A stretch of 64,000 bases of DNA from Candidatus Babeliales bacterium (GTDB lineage: Bacteria > Babelota > Babeliae > Babelales > JANWKD01): positions 608,001 through 672,000 of the forward strand of contig CAVRJO010000002.1 in the NCBI GenBank assembly GCA_963722255.1. The letters run 5' to 3'. This document shows positions 40,780 to 50,620 of this stretch, in pieces. Under the pieces are notes generated by a model. The model was not told where the DNA came from. It did not search any database and was given only the letters and a program-made list of their open reading frames with translations. The first letter of the stretch is position 1, and each line of letters starts with the position of its first letter. Both the position numbers and the translations under genes were made by a program.

Positions 40780-41433
40780 TTATCGCACAAGACCCATAAA
40801 TTCTTTTATTTTTTGACATTGCGCTGCAAACTGAATAGGATTTTGTTCAAATTCTTCATTGCAATCAAGAGTCAACACAGGAACATTGTGCAACGCGGGT
40901 CCCACTGCCTCTTTATCGCACAAAAATCGTTCATGCTGTTTATCAAGCTGGTATAAATAATCTAAAGGCAACGTCTCTTCAGCAGATCTATTTCTTTTTT
41001 TAATACGTTCAAATGCAATTTTTGGGTCAACTTTAAGATAAATGAACCCTTGAGGAGCAAAACATTTACTGGTTAAAAATTCAAACCATTCAGCATATAA
41101 TTTCCATTCAAGTTCAGTCATAAAACCATTTTCATAACTATTACGAGCAAAAACATAGTGGCCAGAATAGACTGAACGCTCAACAATTAATAATGATTCA
41201 TTATTTTTCTCTTGGATATATTCATGCATACGTTTAATCATAGTAAACGTCTCAAAGGTGTAAGCCCACCGCTTTGGGTATTCATAAAAGTTATGCAATA
41301 ATGATGATCCAATTTCCTGTGATTGCCATGAATCGACCGGTTCGAGTTTAACCGTCACTTCAGGTAAAGCATGAGAAAGTAGCTTTAAAAAAGTAGACTT
41401 ACCAGCACCAATTGTGCCTTCCAAAATATACAT
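40780..41433 (-). CDS. Deoxynucleoside kinase
   Basis: EGTIGAGKST, EPV..W, ERS..S..VFA, RIKKRNR..E. Confidence 0.92.
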   Translation of the reverse strand: MYILEGTIGAGKSTFLKLLSHALPEVTVKLEPVDSWQSQEIGSSLLHNFYEYPKRWAYTFETFTMIKRMHEYIQEKNNESLLIVERSVYSGHYVFARNSYENGFMTELEWKLYAEWFEFLTSKCFAPQGFIYLKVDPKIAFERIKKRNRSAEETLPLDYLYQLDKQHERFLCDKEAVGPALHNVPVLTLDCNEEFEQNPIQFAAQCQKIKEFMGLVR

Positions 41434-41556
41434 ATATATCCTTACAATGCTGGGTTTTTATAGCTAAAGGATACCATAAATTCACTATTTTTATAAGATA
41501 ACTTTTACAAAATCTTATTTTGCTAAGTAGTGTAATTTGTGCTATTCTAGGCGTAT

Positions 41557-42285
41557 ATGAAAAAAAATACAGATAAAGTAACAGAACTCATTTTTGGAAT
41601 CCATTCGGTCATTGAACTTCTTAAAGCTAAACGACGAAAATTGGCCATATTGTATACAACCAAGCCAATCCCCAAGGGATTGCAGGCTGTAGAGCCATTA
41701 TTACCAAAAAATATCCAAATTCAGTATGTAGACCGTGATGTTTTAACAAAACTAGCAGGCACCACTGATCACCAAGGTGTTGTTGCCTATGCTTCGCCTT
41801 TTGTTATCCGTAAAAAATTCTTTGATCCAAATCTACAAAAAAAACTTCTTATGCTTGATGGCATTCAAGATGTGCGCAATTTAGGGGCAATTTTACGCTC
41901 TGCCTATTGCACCGGTATTGATGGTGTTATTTTGATGAGAAAACATGGCGCTCCGTTAAATGCTGCCGCTCTTAAAGCTTCTGCCGGACTTGCCGAACAT
42001 TTAGAGGTTTACTATGCAGCCTCAAATCAAGCTGCAATACAAGAATTAAAAAAAGCTGGCTATAATCTCTATTTAGCAGTTGTTCAAAAAGCGACCGATG
42101 CTACAAAAGTCGAATATAAAGAACCGTTATGTCTTGTTATTGGCGGCGAAGCTACCGGTATTTCTTCTGATATTCGTGGTTCAGGACAACTCATAACCTT
42201 ACCGCAACGAAATGCTGAAATTTCATACAATGCTTCAGTTGCTGCTGGAATCTTGCTCTTTATTATTTCACAGAACAGCAAATAA
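41557..42285 (+). CDS. TrmH/SpoU RNA methyltransferase (RlmB-like)
   Basis: HQGVVA, LDGIQDVRNLGAILRSA, KASAG, GGEATGI, SYNASVA. Confidence 0.9.
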   Translation: MKKNTDKVTELIFGIHSVIELLKAKRRKLAILYTTKPIPKGLQAVEPLLPKNIQIQYVDRDVLTKLAGTTDHQGVVAYASPFVIRKKFFDPNLQKKLLMLDGIQDVRNLGAILRSAYCTGIDGVILMRKHGAPLNAAALKASAGLAEHLEVYYAASNQAAIQELKKAGYNLYLAVVQKATDATKVEYKEPLCLVIGGEATGISSDIRGSGQLITLPQRNAEISYNASVAAGILLFIISQNSK

Positions 42286-42289
42286 GCAG

Positions 42290-42616
42290 ATGAGAAAAAC
42301 TATGGTTTTATCACAATCAATTTATAAAAAAATCTTGTTGATTGCTGCGATAAGCATGACCTATAATTCTTGTTATCCTTTCGATCGTGAATTTCTTGGA
42401 TGGAGCATAAGCGCTGTTGGTGCTTGTTTAACGGCAGTAGGGATTTACAAAATTTGGCAAAAAGAAAAGCCCAATCAACCCATTACTTTAACAAATAATA
42501 ATGCTCCCATTATTATTAATGTTAATACTACAAGTAATACCGCAAAAGGTGCTACGATTGCTGCAATAGGTTTATATATTGCAAATAAGGGAATCAACAT
42601 CCTCAATAAAAACTAA
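42290..42616 (+). CDS. Small membrane hypothetical protein
   Basis: Signal-like N-terminus and two hydrophobic segments. Confidence 0.55.
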   Translation: MRKTMVLSQSIYKKILLIAAISMTYNSCYPFDREFLGWSISAVGACLTAVGIYKIWQKEKPNQPITLTNNNAPIIINVNTTSNTAKGATIAAIGLYIANKGINILNKN

Positions 42617-42625
42617 ACTTTTTCT

Positions 42626-43236
42626 TTAATCTTTTTTACGCCCATCATATTCAGGCTTTACAACTCTTCCTGTTTCTTTTTGAACTAACTGATAATCATT
42701 GTGTCCTTGCCACAGAAGAACATACTCTTTCTTTCTTGGTAAGTAAGCAAAATTAAACCATAAATAAAAGCCATCTTCTTTTACTTTATCAATTGCAATT
42801 GTATCGCCACGACTACCAACTTTAAGAAATGGTGAATCTTCACGTCTAAGCCATAGCGTTTTTGCACAAATTTCCTCTCCTATACAATAAACGTTTTCAT
42901 AATCTAACGAAGTACATCGATTATTCGATCAGAAAAAGAGTTCTTGTAATTATCATTCTTTTTTTCCAAAGGAACTTTTATTGATTTATTTGTTTTGCAC
43001 TTTTGCCATGCATAATATAATCCAGCACCTAAGCTTGTACCTAATGCTAACGCCGTACAAAGATTACTTTTAAGGCTATAATTTTCGGCATAAATCTGAT
43101 GTGCTAAATGCGCAAAGCCAGCAACTCCTGCCACGAAGCTTAATGCACCTACTTCCAAAGAATCTTTCATAGACATTGCATGAATATAAGGAGACGCTAA
43201 AAGCATCGTCAAAAATATGATTTTTATTTTTTTCAC
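42626..43236 (-). pseudogene. Secreted hypothetical protein (paralogue A), frameshifted near 42905
   Basis: GTG start. The track ORF ends at 42904, but another frame continues LDYENVYC...QLVQKETGRVVK...KKD to a stop at 42626. Confidence 0.6.
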
Positions 43237-43255
43237 AGAAATCCCTTGTAATAAA

Positions 43256-43874
43256 TTTCACCCGCAGCAAGCAGCGGGGTATTGAATTTTTTTAAGGATT
43301 TCTATCTACATGAAGAACATCTGACCCAGATCTCTTGGCGTACGAGTAGGGTCTTTTTTGTGCAACATCATGTAATCCCTTCCCTGGTTTTTTACGTATT
43401 CTGCCACTCGTTTTTCGCTTCCATGCTTACTTACCGTGTTTACGAAATATCCATCAGACCAAAATTCTCCACCCCATAGCTGCCTCTTTACTTCGGGAAC
43501 TTGTTTGAAAATTTCCCGCGCCGTTATACTTTTTATTTTTCTAACGATATTCGTAGGACTATACGTCGGTACGGACTGCACAAGAAAATGAACGTGATCC
43601 CCATCTGTTCCTATTTCTAGAAACTCTATCTGATAACGTTTTTCTATCTCAAGACACACCGACCTCAATACTTTGTCTACTTCCTCTGTAAAAACCGCTC
43701 GCCTATATTTTGCTGGACAAACTATATGATACATCAGAACCGATACATTATGACTTTTGTGTATAAACCTACTTAATTTACTCATTCTCCCAATTTATCA
43801 GGACTTTTTATTTATTCCATTTTTTTTATCTGACTACGCGGCAAGCCGCGGGGAATTGTACCCGTAGAGATTAA
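43256..43874 (-). mobile_element. IS200-family element (boundaries approximate)
   Basis: Y1 transposase flanked by related subterminal hairpins CCCGCAGCAAGCAGCGGG (~43261-43278) and CGCGGCAAGCCGCG (~43836-43849). Confidence 0.85.
43306..43785 (-). CDS. tnpA: IS200/IS605 transposase
   Basis: YHIVCPAKYRR, DHVHFL (HUH), FWSDGYFV, YVKNQ. Confidence 0.95.
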   Translation of the reverse strand: MSKLSRFIHKSHNVSVLMYHIVCPAKYRRAVFTEEVDKVLRSVCLEIEKRYQIEFLEIGTDGDHVHFLVQSVPTYSPTNIVRKIKSITAREIFKQVPEVKRQLWGGEFWSDGYFVNTVSKHGSEKRVAEYVKNQGRDYMMLHKKDPTRTPRDLGQMFFM

Positions 43875-43941
43875 AAAACACACTTTACTAAATAACTATA
43901 GTCATCGTAAGAAACTATTCGAAGGATTTCTTATTTTATTA

Positions 43942-44019
43942 CTGGATCCCCCAGCCGTCGCACAAGGCTATGGCGGCCAGTGCACGGAGCTACACTTCAT
44001 TCCGCTCCTCTGGATGACA
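43942..44019. repeat. GC-rich REP/RPE-like composite palindromic element
   Basis: The minus strand reads GTCATCC...GGGATCCAG and encloses hairpins GGAGC..GCTCC and GCCGCC/ACGGC; the GC content contrasts sharply with the flanks. Confidence 0.55.
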
Positions 44020-44068
44020 TCAAGCGGTTCACTCAATTATTTTTTCTTGTAGAAATCTAATTCCTTCT

Positions 44069-44652
44069 TTATAATTCAACTTTCTCTCTTATTACCTTAC
44101 CGGTACTTTTCTCAATAAGCTCTAAAATATCTTTTTTTCATTTAACCAAAAATACGTACCTTTTTTAAGGTCTGTAATATCATAGTTAACTTGATGTGTA
44201 GCATACTTTACATATAAAAATGTGCTCTCATCCTTCATACTGAGATTAAAATATGAACTATCTTTTGCATAAGCAAGTATTTTATATCCTGCATGAGATC
44301 GACTACAACCATGCTTTATCGATGCAGTATCCCTTGTTTCATTACACAAATCATCGATTATAAATTTTTTTTGCTTAACGACTGGTTTATTAGGTTTGAC
44401 AGCATTGCAAGATAAATTTCGCCAAGCAAGATACAGCCCAGTTGTTAAGCTTGTACCTAGCAGCAAAGAAGTAACTACATTATTTTTCAAACTATAATCG
44501 TGAGCATTTATTTGGTGAACCAACTGTACAACTCCAGCGACTCCTGTCACTAAGCTTAATGCGCCTACTGCCAATGAGTCTTTCATAGACATTGCATGAA
44601 TAGAAGGAGATGCTACAAGCATCGTCAAAAATATGATTTTTATTTTTTTCAT
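44069..44652 (-). CDS. Secreted hypothetical protein (paralogue B); probable frameshift in A7 near the C-terminus
   Basis: First ~40 aa nearly identical to paralogue A. The track ORF stops at 44122; adding one A at 44132-44138 gives ..DILELIEKSTGKVIREKVEL, which resembles paralogue A's QLVQKETGRVVK. Confidence 0.65.
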
Positions 44653-44686
44653 AGAAATCCCTTGTTAAAGAAACGGAATTAATTTT

Positions 44687-45112
44687 TTAGTCATGTCCGC
44701 CACAGCAACCTTCTTTTTTCTTAGCTTCATGTGCAGCCTTTTCAACCGCAGCTTTGACCTTTTCAGGCGTTGGTTGATACAAATCTAAAATATTATTGCC
44801 CGGATCTTTGAAGCTAATAATAAATCCATGTACCGCTTCTACCGGTTGCCCGATGAAAGGAATTGCATCTTTGTGTGCTTCATAAAAAGCTTTAAGATCA
44901 TCAACGCCAAAAACAATTCCTGTTCTGCGCTCAGGAAGTTCCTGCGCAGTTTCAGCTAGACCAAGTTTTACACCTTGCAAATCAAATTCTGCCCATTTGT
45001 GGGATATATGAAATTTTAAGGGCAAACCAAATTCTTGATAAAATGCCACAGCGCGAGAAAGATCATTCTGCATAAGAATAACCATATTTAGATTAATATT
45101 TTCTTGGGTCAT
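44687..45112 (-). CDS. VOC/glyoxalase family protein
   Basis: DLSRAVAFY..FG, WAEF, IVFGVDDL, FKDPGNNILDL. Confidence 0.85.
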   Translation of the reverse strand: MTQENINLNMVILMQNDLSRAVAFYQEFGLPLKFHISHKWAEFDLQGVKLGLAETAQELPERRTGIVFGVDDLKAFYEAHKDAIPFIGQPVEAVHGFIISFKDPGNNILDLYQPTPEKVKAAVEKAAHEAKKKEGCCGGHD

Positions 45113-45194
45113 TAAATTTTTCCTTGAGTTTACTGATATGTGCTAGTATATTTTTAATAATACTAAATTATTTAAAAATGTAAAAAAAGTAGTT

Positions 45195-45854
45195 ATGAAT
45201 CAAATAAAAATCTTTCCTTCACTCATCTCTTCAAACATCTTGAATCTTGAAAAAACAGTCATAGAATTAGGCCCATTTTGCGATGGCTTTCACATCGATA
45301 TCATGGATAACCATTTTGTACCAAATTTAACATGGGGGCCTCCTATAGTAAATCAGATTGCAGCGCGAACTGATAAACCACTTTCAGTGCATCTCATGGT
45401 AGAAAAACCGGAAACAATTATTAATCAACTTAGATTAAAAGAAAAAAGCAGTATCTCTATTCATATTGAGAATGAAAATATTGATAAGCTCATTAGACTA
45501 ATACAGGAAAAAAAGCAACGCGCAAGCATTGCAATAAAACCGGAAACTCCGCTCGAAAAACTTTATCCATTTTTAAAAACAATTGAGCAGGTATTGCTCA
45601 TGTCAGTCGAACCGGGATTTTCCGGGCAAAAATTTTTGCCAAATTCTATTCAGCGCTTAAAAGAACTTATTGCCTATAGAAAAACTAATGATCTTACTTT
45701 TGAAATAGCCATGGATGGCGGCATCAATGAACACAATATTCACCAACTTTTTCTAGAAGGTTGTACGTCATTTTGCATTGCTTCAGCGATTTTTTCATCA
45801 TCACATGCGATTAATGCCATAAAAGACCTGTATACTAAAGCTCTAGAAGGGTAG
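45195..45854 (+). CDS. rpe: Ribulose-phosphate 3-epimerase
   Basis: HIDIMDNHFVPNLTWG, VHLMV, LMSVEPGFSGQKF, DGGIN. Confidence 0.95.
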   Translation: MNQIKIFPSLISSNILNLEKTVIELGPFCDGFHIDIMDNHFVPNLTWGPPIVNQIAARTDKPLSVHLMVEKPETIINQLRLKEKSSISIHIENENIDKLIRLIQEKKQRASIAIKPETPLEKLYPFLKTIEQVLLMSVEPGFSGQKFLPNSIQRLKELIAYRKTNDLTFEIAMDGGINEHNIHQLFLEGCTSFCIASAIFSSSHAINAIKDLYTKALEG

Positions 45855-47243
45855 TTTCTCAAGTTCTGCACCGTAGCTTTTTAATAATGTAATAATATCG
45901 GGTGCAGTTGCATATGCCAAAGGTGGATAACCATCAAGATCTCTTGTATTAACAAACAGTTGAACCGGCCTTGAATCTTTTCCAAATAATCCCACAATTG
46001 TATCAATCAAGGTGCTAATAATTTCTGAAAAAATTCTTTTGTCCAAACTAAAATTAACAGCGGCTAATAGTGGTGTAAAACCTTTGCTATACGTACGAAT
46101 ATTTAAAAGTATATACAAAAAATATTTACTTGGAGCATAATTTTTCATAGTTCTAATTATAAGATGAGAAATATCAAACTTTCTTTGCAAAAGTGAAATT
46201 ATCAATGCACCTCGCCCATCTTGAGCAACATTTCTCAAAATAGAATAAAAAGCCTCTTCATCATCTGCAAAAAAGGTTTCAACAATATGAAGCAAAAATG
46301 CAGTATATTCATAACTTAGTGCAACAGCATGCATCAAAGGATCCCATCCTGCCGGTGAACGCGTCATCATAACTTCCAAAAAGAGCCTTGGCGTTTTTTT
46401 ATATTTTTTTTGAGTTTCAAAAATAATTTTTTGTACAACATTGAATTTATCATCACGAATTGCCTCTATAAGCTCAAGTCCTGTTTTACGCGCTTCTACA
46501 ATTTCCGGTTTAATTTCATGTAAGGTAATACCCCCATACTGTTTGAGAAATTGACGATGACGCGCATTAAAATAAGTATTATCATAAGGAGTTCTACCCG
46601 CAAGACTTACTGCATTAATAAAAGATTCATACTCTTCAGAATTCTTGCCTAAAATTCTTTCAGCAACAATTACCACAGCTTCCAAATTGAGCATTGATCC
46701 TTGAAAAGCTAACCAATGCAATATAGTCCAACCATCTTCATAGGCAGTAGCATTTAAAAAATCAAGGAACAGCTTTTTTTCAGAGCCTAATAATCTAATA
46801 ACATGATAAAGCATTAAATCTATCTGTTCGCGGGTACCATTTTGTGCCAACAAATAAAAAGCGGTGTGGCCTTGGAGGCATTGTGCATTAAGAAAATTAA
46901 ATACATCAAGAATACCATCATCTTGTGTGTCATAATATTTTTCAACTTTTTCTAAAATAAAAATTACCTGATCAATATCTGTCAAAGCAGCGGCTCTCAA
47001 CAGACTTGTACATCCATAGCCATCCCTGACATCCAAAAATTCATAGAAGGCATTCTTATTGTTTTTAAATTTTTGTAAAGCACTATTCATAATTGATTTG
47101 AATTCTGATTGGTCTATTAAATTTTGAGCTTTTAAAAACTGTTTCCCCATTTCTAGAGCTTGAGGGAGTGAGCTTCCAGTCATGCCCTTGCATAAGAAAC
47201 TAGTTACTAAAAAAAATATCAAAACCAAATATAATTTTTTCAT
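45843..47243 (-). CDS. Secreted ankyrin-repeat protein
   Basis: Signal peptide; about eight ankyrin-like starts (DGYGCTSLLRAA, GWTILHWLA, GWDPLMHAV, GFTPLLAAV, DGYPPLAYA); ends LLKSYGA. Confidence 0.8.
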   Translation of the reverse strand: MKKLYLVLIFFLVTSFLCKGMTGSSLPQALEMGKQFLKAQNLIDQSEFKSIMNSALQKFKNNKNAFYEFLDVRDGYGCTSLLRAAALTDIDQVIFILEKVEKYYDTQDDGILDVFNFLNAQCLQGHTAFYLLAQNGTREQIDLMLYHVIRLLGSEKKLFLDFLNATAYEDGWTILHWLAFQGSMLNLEAVVIVAERILGKNSEEYESFINAVSLAGRTPYDNTYFNARHRQFLKQYGGITLHEIKPEIVEARKTGLELIEAIRDDKFNVVQKIIFETQKKYKKTPRLFLEVMMTRSPAGWDPLMHAVALSYEYTAFLLHIVETFFADDEEAFYSILRNVAQDGRGALIISLLQRKFDISHLIIRTMKNYAPSKYFLYILLNIRTYSKGFTPLLAAVNFSLDKRIFSEIISTLIDTIVGLFGKDSRPVQLFVNTRDLDGYPPLAYATAPDIITLLKSYGAELEKLPF

Positions 47244-47403
47244 AGCATACTACCTTTTTTGTAACTAAAGACTAAGAGCGCTATTTCTCCTAAAACAGTA
47301 TCATACTCATTTTTCGGTTTGCAATAGTATAGCATTGACTTACTTCTAAACTATTTTTTAAATTTAAAGCTGGTTTTCTATAACCATTTACCTAAGGATA
47401 AAT

Positions 47404-48954
47404 ATGTTAAGAAGAATATCAAAAAATATATTGTTTACTTTGATAACTACTTTTTTAATCAATCACATGAATTTGAGTTGTACCAGTTCTCTACCTATAA
47501 ATTCATCGTTCAATAAAGCTGCGCGTCCAGATGCGCCCGGGAACCAGGATGGATCGGTTGTTGGTTCAATAGTATGTGATAACCAAGAATTGCGTGAATT
47601 AGTCCAATCAGTTGGTCAATCTTTTGATACATGCTGCAATACGTTACAACAGGATTTTACACATACTTTTTCATTGCTACAAGAAATTATTCAAGATTTA
47701 GGTGCTAAGGTAACAACACCTTGCGTCATCGTTCCCGTATCTCAAGCTCTCATTGACGCAAACGGCGGCACCTTAGTTATAAATACTCCAGGAAACTATA
47801 TTTTTACAGAAAATATTTCAACAGCGGCCAATACTGCAATAATCATAAACTCAAATGCTGTTACTATCGATTTTTGCAATAGAACCTTATTTGGTATAGG
47901 TCCTAATGCTATTACCGGAATACAAATCAATCCAGGTTTTTCAAATATTTTGATAGAATATGGTGAAATCAATCAATTTTCAAGTTATGGAATCCATGTA
48001 TTAAATGGGGTCTTCAATCTTACTATGCGCTATGTTTCTGTTTATAATTGTGCACGGGCTGGTATCTTTTTAGATGGATTGGGTAGTGGCTCGACAACAA
48101 TTACCAACTCATTTATTCAAGATTGCAGAGCTTCTTTTTGTGCTACTGCCGGTGGAGGCAATGCATTAGGAGGCCTGAGCCTTCTTAATTGCAATAATGT
48201 TATTGTAAATGGAGGCATGTATAACCAAAATGGTTCAGTATTAGCAACTGAATCTACTGGCGTCTTAGTTAATCAAAGTATTAATTGCAGATTAACCGGT
48301 GTTTTTATGGATAATAACACGGGCATTGCCGTTCATGGAATGCATATTCTTTCAAGCACTGGCAATATCATAAGCTCTTGTATTGCAAATGATAACATTG
48401 GAACTGCCACTGTTATCGGTCTTTTTGCAAATGGAGGAATGAATAATAGCTTTATGAACTGTACATCATCACGAAATACTGCTCCCATTGCTTATGGATA
48501 TAGTTTAGGAGCTGGTGAAATTTCTTCGCTGTTATGTAGATGTATAGCTGAAAATACTATTGGAACTCTCCCTTCATCTCCACCAAATGGAATTTATGGT
48601 GCTGGAATTGCTATTGATGGTGCCAATGGAGCATCATTCAATGAAGTTATGAGCAATTTAGTTATTAAAAATAATCAATCTGGTATTTTTGACAGTGCTC
48701 TTACTTTTAATGCACTTCCTATAGTTATCGCTGGCGCGAGTACAACTCTTGTCAATGGTAACAAGGCCGTTGATAATGGATTAGCTGGACCTGCATTCAG
48801 CACTACAACACCATTTAGAAATTATACTATTGCCTATACAACAGGCACACCAGTTGAAACAGTTATGTTTCGCTATTCTACGGGCGCAGCTCCAGTTGTA
48901 TCTTCTGCAGGAGATACTATGATCGCTAATATTGATGCTCGAAATGGTGCTTAA
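47404..48954 (+). CDS. Secreted right-handed parallel beta-helix protein
   Basis: Signal peptide; INTPGNYIFTENI..VTIDF cap; repeated G-I-x-I/N-C/N-N turns. Confidence 0.75.
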   Translation: MLRRISKNILFTLITTFLINHMNLSCTSSLPINSSFNKAARPDAPGNQDGSVVGSIVCDNQELRELVQSVGQSFDTCCNTLQQDFTHTFSLLQEIIQDLGAKVTTPCVIVPVSQALIDANGGTLVINTPGNYIFTENISTAANTAIIINSNAVTIDFCNRTLFGIGPNAITGIQINPGFSNILIEYGEINQFSSYGIHVLNGVFNLTMRYVSVYNCARAGIFLDGLGSGSTTITNSFIQDCRASFCATAGGGNALGGLSLLNCNNVIVNGGMYNQNGSVLATESTGVLVNQSINCRLTGVFMDNNTGIAVHGMHILSSTGNIISSCIANDNIGTATVIGLFANGGMNNSFMNCTSSRNTAPIAYGYSLGAGEISSLLCRCIAENTIGTLPSSPPNGIYGAGIAIDGANGASFNEVMSNLVIKNNQSGIFDSALTFNALPIVIAGASTTLVNGNKAVDNGLAGPAFSTTTPFRNYTIAYTTGTPVETVMFRYSTGAAPVVSSAGDTMIANIDARNGA

Positions 48955-48969
48955 CAAAAATAAAAATAT

Positions 48970-49650
48970 CTATTTATTTTTTTTTGTTACAATCACAGCA
49001 TACAAAGAACCAAAGGGAATATATTTCAAAATCGATTCCATGGTATAAGAGATATTTGGATACAAATATAAACCTTTACTAGTACAAGAATTGAATGTAA
49101 AAAGGCTCTTTACATAGTTCAAACTGAGCATAACGGCTTCTTTGTCATGTTCAGCATAAAATGTTTTTCTTGCTGACCAATTATAAGGATTTGTTTCAAA
49201 AATAACGAGCACTCCTCCTGGTTTTAGCACACGTACTAGTTCGCAAGCAAAATGATTTCGTTCATCTTCTTTAATATGATGAAAAACATTGACACTATAG
49301 AGTATATTAACTGAACAATCATCAAAAGGTAGCAGATCTCTTATTAAAGGCATAAACGATATTTCAGGATACTGTTCAATATTTTTTTTCAATTGATCAT
49401 AATCAGTATCAACCCCTATAATATGCGCCTCATGAAATGATTTTTGTATATAATTTGTCAAAAAAGCATCACCACATCCAAAATCAAGGAGCGTAATTTT
49501 TTCATTAACTAGATGAAAAAACCAACGACTCAACGTATCATTGAGATACGCATAAAGTTCAGCATGAGGATGATCATTCATACTATTCATAAGAGATGTT
49601 CCAAGTATCAAGATTATTAAGAGCAGTAATCGTATCACATTGTGTTTCAT
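48970..49650 (-). CDS. Class I SAM-dependent methyltransferase with signal peptide
   Basis: LLDFGCGDA, IIGVD, VFHHI, RVLKPGG. Confidence 0.85.
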   Translation of the reverse strand: MKHNVIRLLLLIILILGTSLMNSMNDHPHAELYAYLNDTLSRWFFHLVNEKITLLDFGCGDAFLTNYIQKSFHEAHIIGVDTDYDQLKKNIEQYPEISFMPLIRDLLPFDDCSVNILYSVNVFHHIKEDERNHFACELVRVLKPGGVLVIFETNPYNWSARKTFYAEHDKEAVMLSLNYVKSLFTFNSCTSKGLYLYPNISYTMESILKYIPFGSLYAVIVTKKNK

Positions 49651-49654
49651 GTTA

Positions 49655-50620
49655 TTACAACTTTAGTAATAATGCATGCAATAATTCATTTCCAAAAACA
49701 ACACGATAAATACCTTCAAAAAGAGGCAAATTCAGATTCTTTTTTTGTATAAGCTCATGAATCGAAGTAAGTGTATTAACTCCCTCAGGAATCATTCCAG
49801 TTTCTTGTAAAATTGAATCTAATGATTTTCCTTGCCCAAGCATATGCCCAACCTTTACATTTCTGCTTTGATTGCTGAGCGATGTTAAAATCAAATCTCC
49901 AACGCCGGCAAGGCCATACACCGTTTCCGATTGGCCACCGCATGCGGTTACAATGCCCGCCATCTCATACAATCCTGTAGTAAGTACAAAGGCTTTGGTA
50001 TTATCACCATACCCTGCCCCTGAAAGTATTCCAATGAACAATGCAATAACATTTTTTAAAGCTCCACAAAGCTGTACACCTAAAGGATCTGATGAAAGTG
50101 TCGATTTAAAGTAGTCATTGGTAAGCAATGATTGTAAAGAAGTCGCCAACTTCTCATCATTAGATGCTAACGTAACCGCGGTAATATGTTTTTGCGCTAA
50201 ATCATGCGCAAAACTAGGACCAAAGAAAACAACCTTGGGAACTTCAACTTCCAATACAGAATCGATCATTTGACCAGGCAGCATAAGAGTACTATTTTCA
50301 ATACCTTTGCTTAATACTACCCAGGGTTTTTTACCACAAACTTGAGGATCTATAGTTAAAAGAACTGAGCGTAAATAGGTGATAGGTGTTGATTCAAAAA
50401 TCCATGAGCTTTGGCTTATTGCCTCATTAAGGTCTAGAACAGGAGCGATAGCGTTTGAAAGCTTAATGCCAGGCAAATATCGTTCATTAACTCCCTTTTT
50501 CTCAATGCTTTCTTTTACTTTTTCATCATGACACCACAAGAATACCGTATGACCGTTCTGTGCTAATAATGTTGAAACAGCGGTTCCCCAAGCCCCTTCG
50601 CCAATAACGGTGATATTCAT
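49655..50620 (-). CDS. gpsA: NAD(P)H-dependent glycerol-3-phosphate dehydrogenase
   Basis: GEGAWGTA, SKGIE, GPSFA, GALKNVIA, GLAGVGDL, SRN. Confidence 0.95.
   Translation of the reverse strand: MNITVIGEGAWGTAVSTLLAQNGHTVFLWCHDEKVKESIEKKGVNERYLPGIKLSNAIAPVLDLNEAISQSSWIFESTPITYLRSVLLTIDPQVCGKKPWVVLSKGIENSTLMLPGQMIDSVLEVEVPKVVFFGPSFAHDLAQKHITAVTLASNDEKLATSLQSLLTNDYFKSTLSSDPLGVQLCGALKNVIALFIGILSGAGYGDNTKAFVLTTGLYEMAGIVTACGGQSETVYGLAGVGDLILTSLSNQSRNVKVGHMLGQGKSLDSILQETGMIPEGVNTLTSIHELIQKKNLNLPLFEGIYRVVFGNELLHALLLKL

Noticed and set aside
43256..44121. TnpB/omegaRNA system next to the IS200 tnpA genes
   Set aside because: No TnpB or IscB ORF lies next to either tnpA; both elements are only ~0.6 kb.
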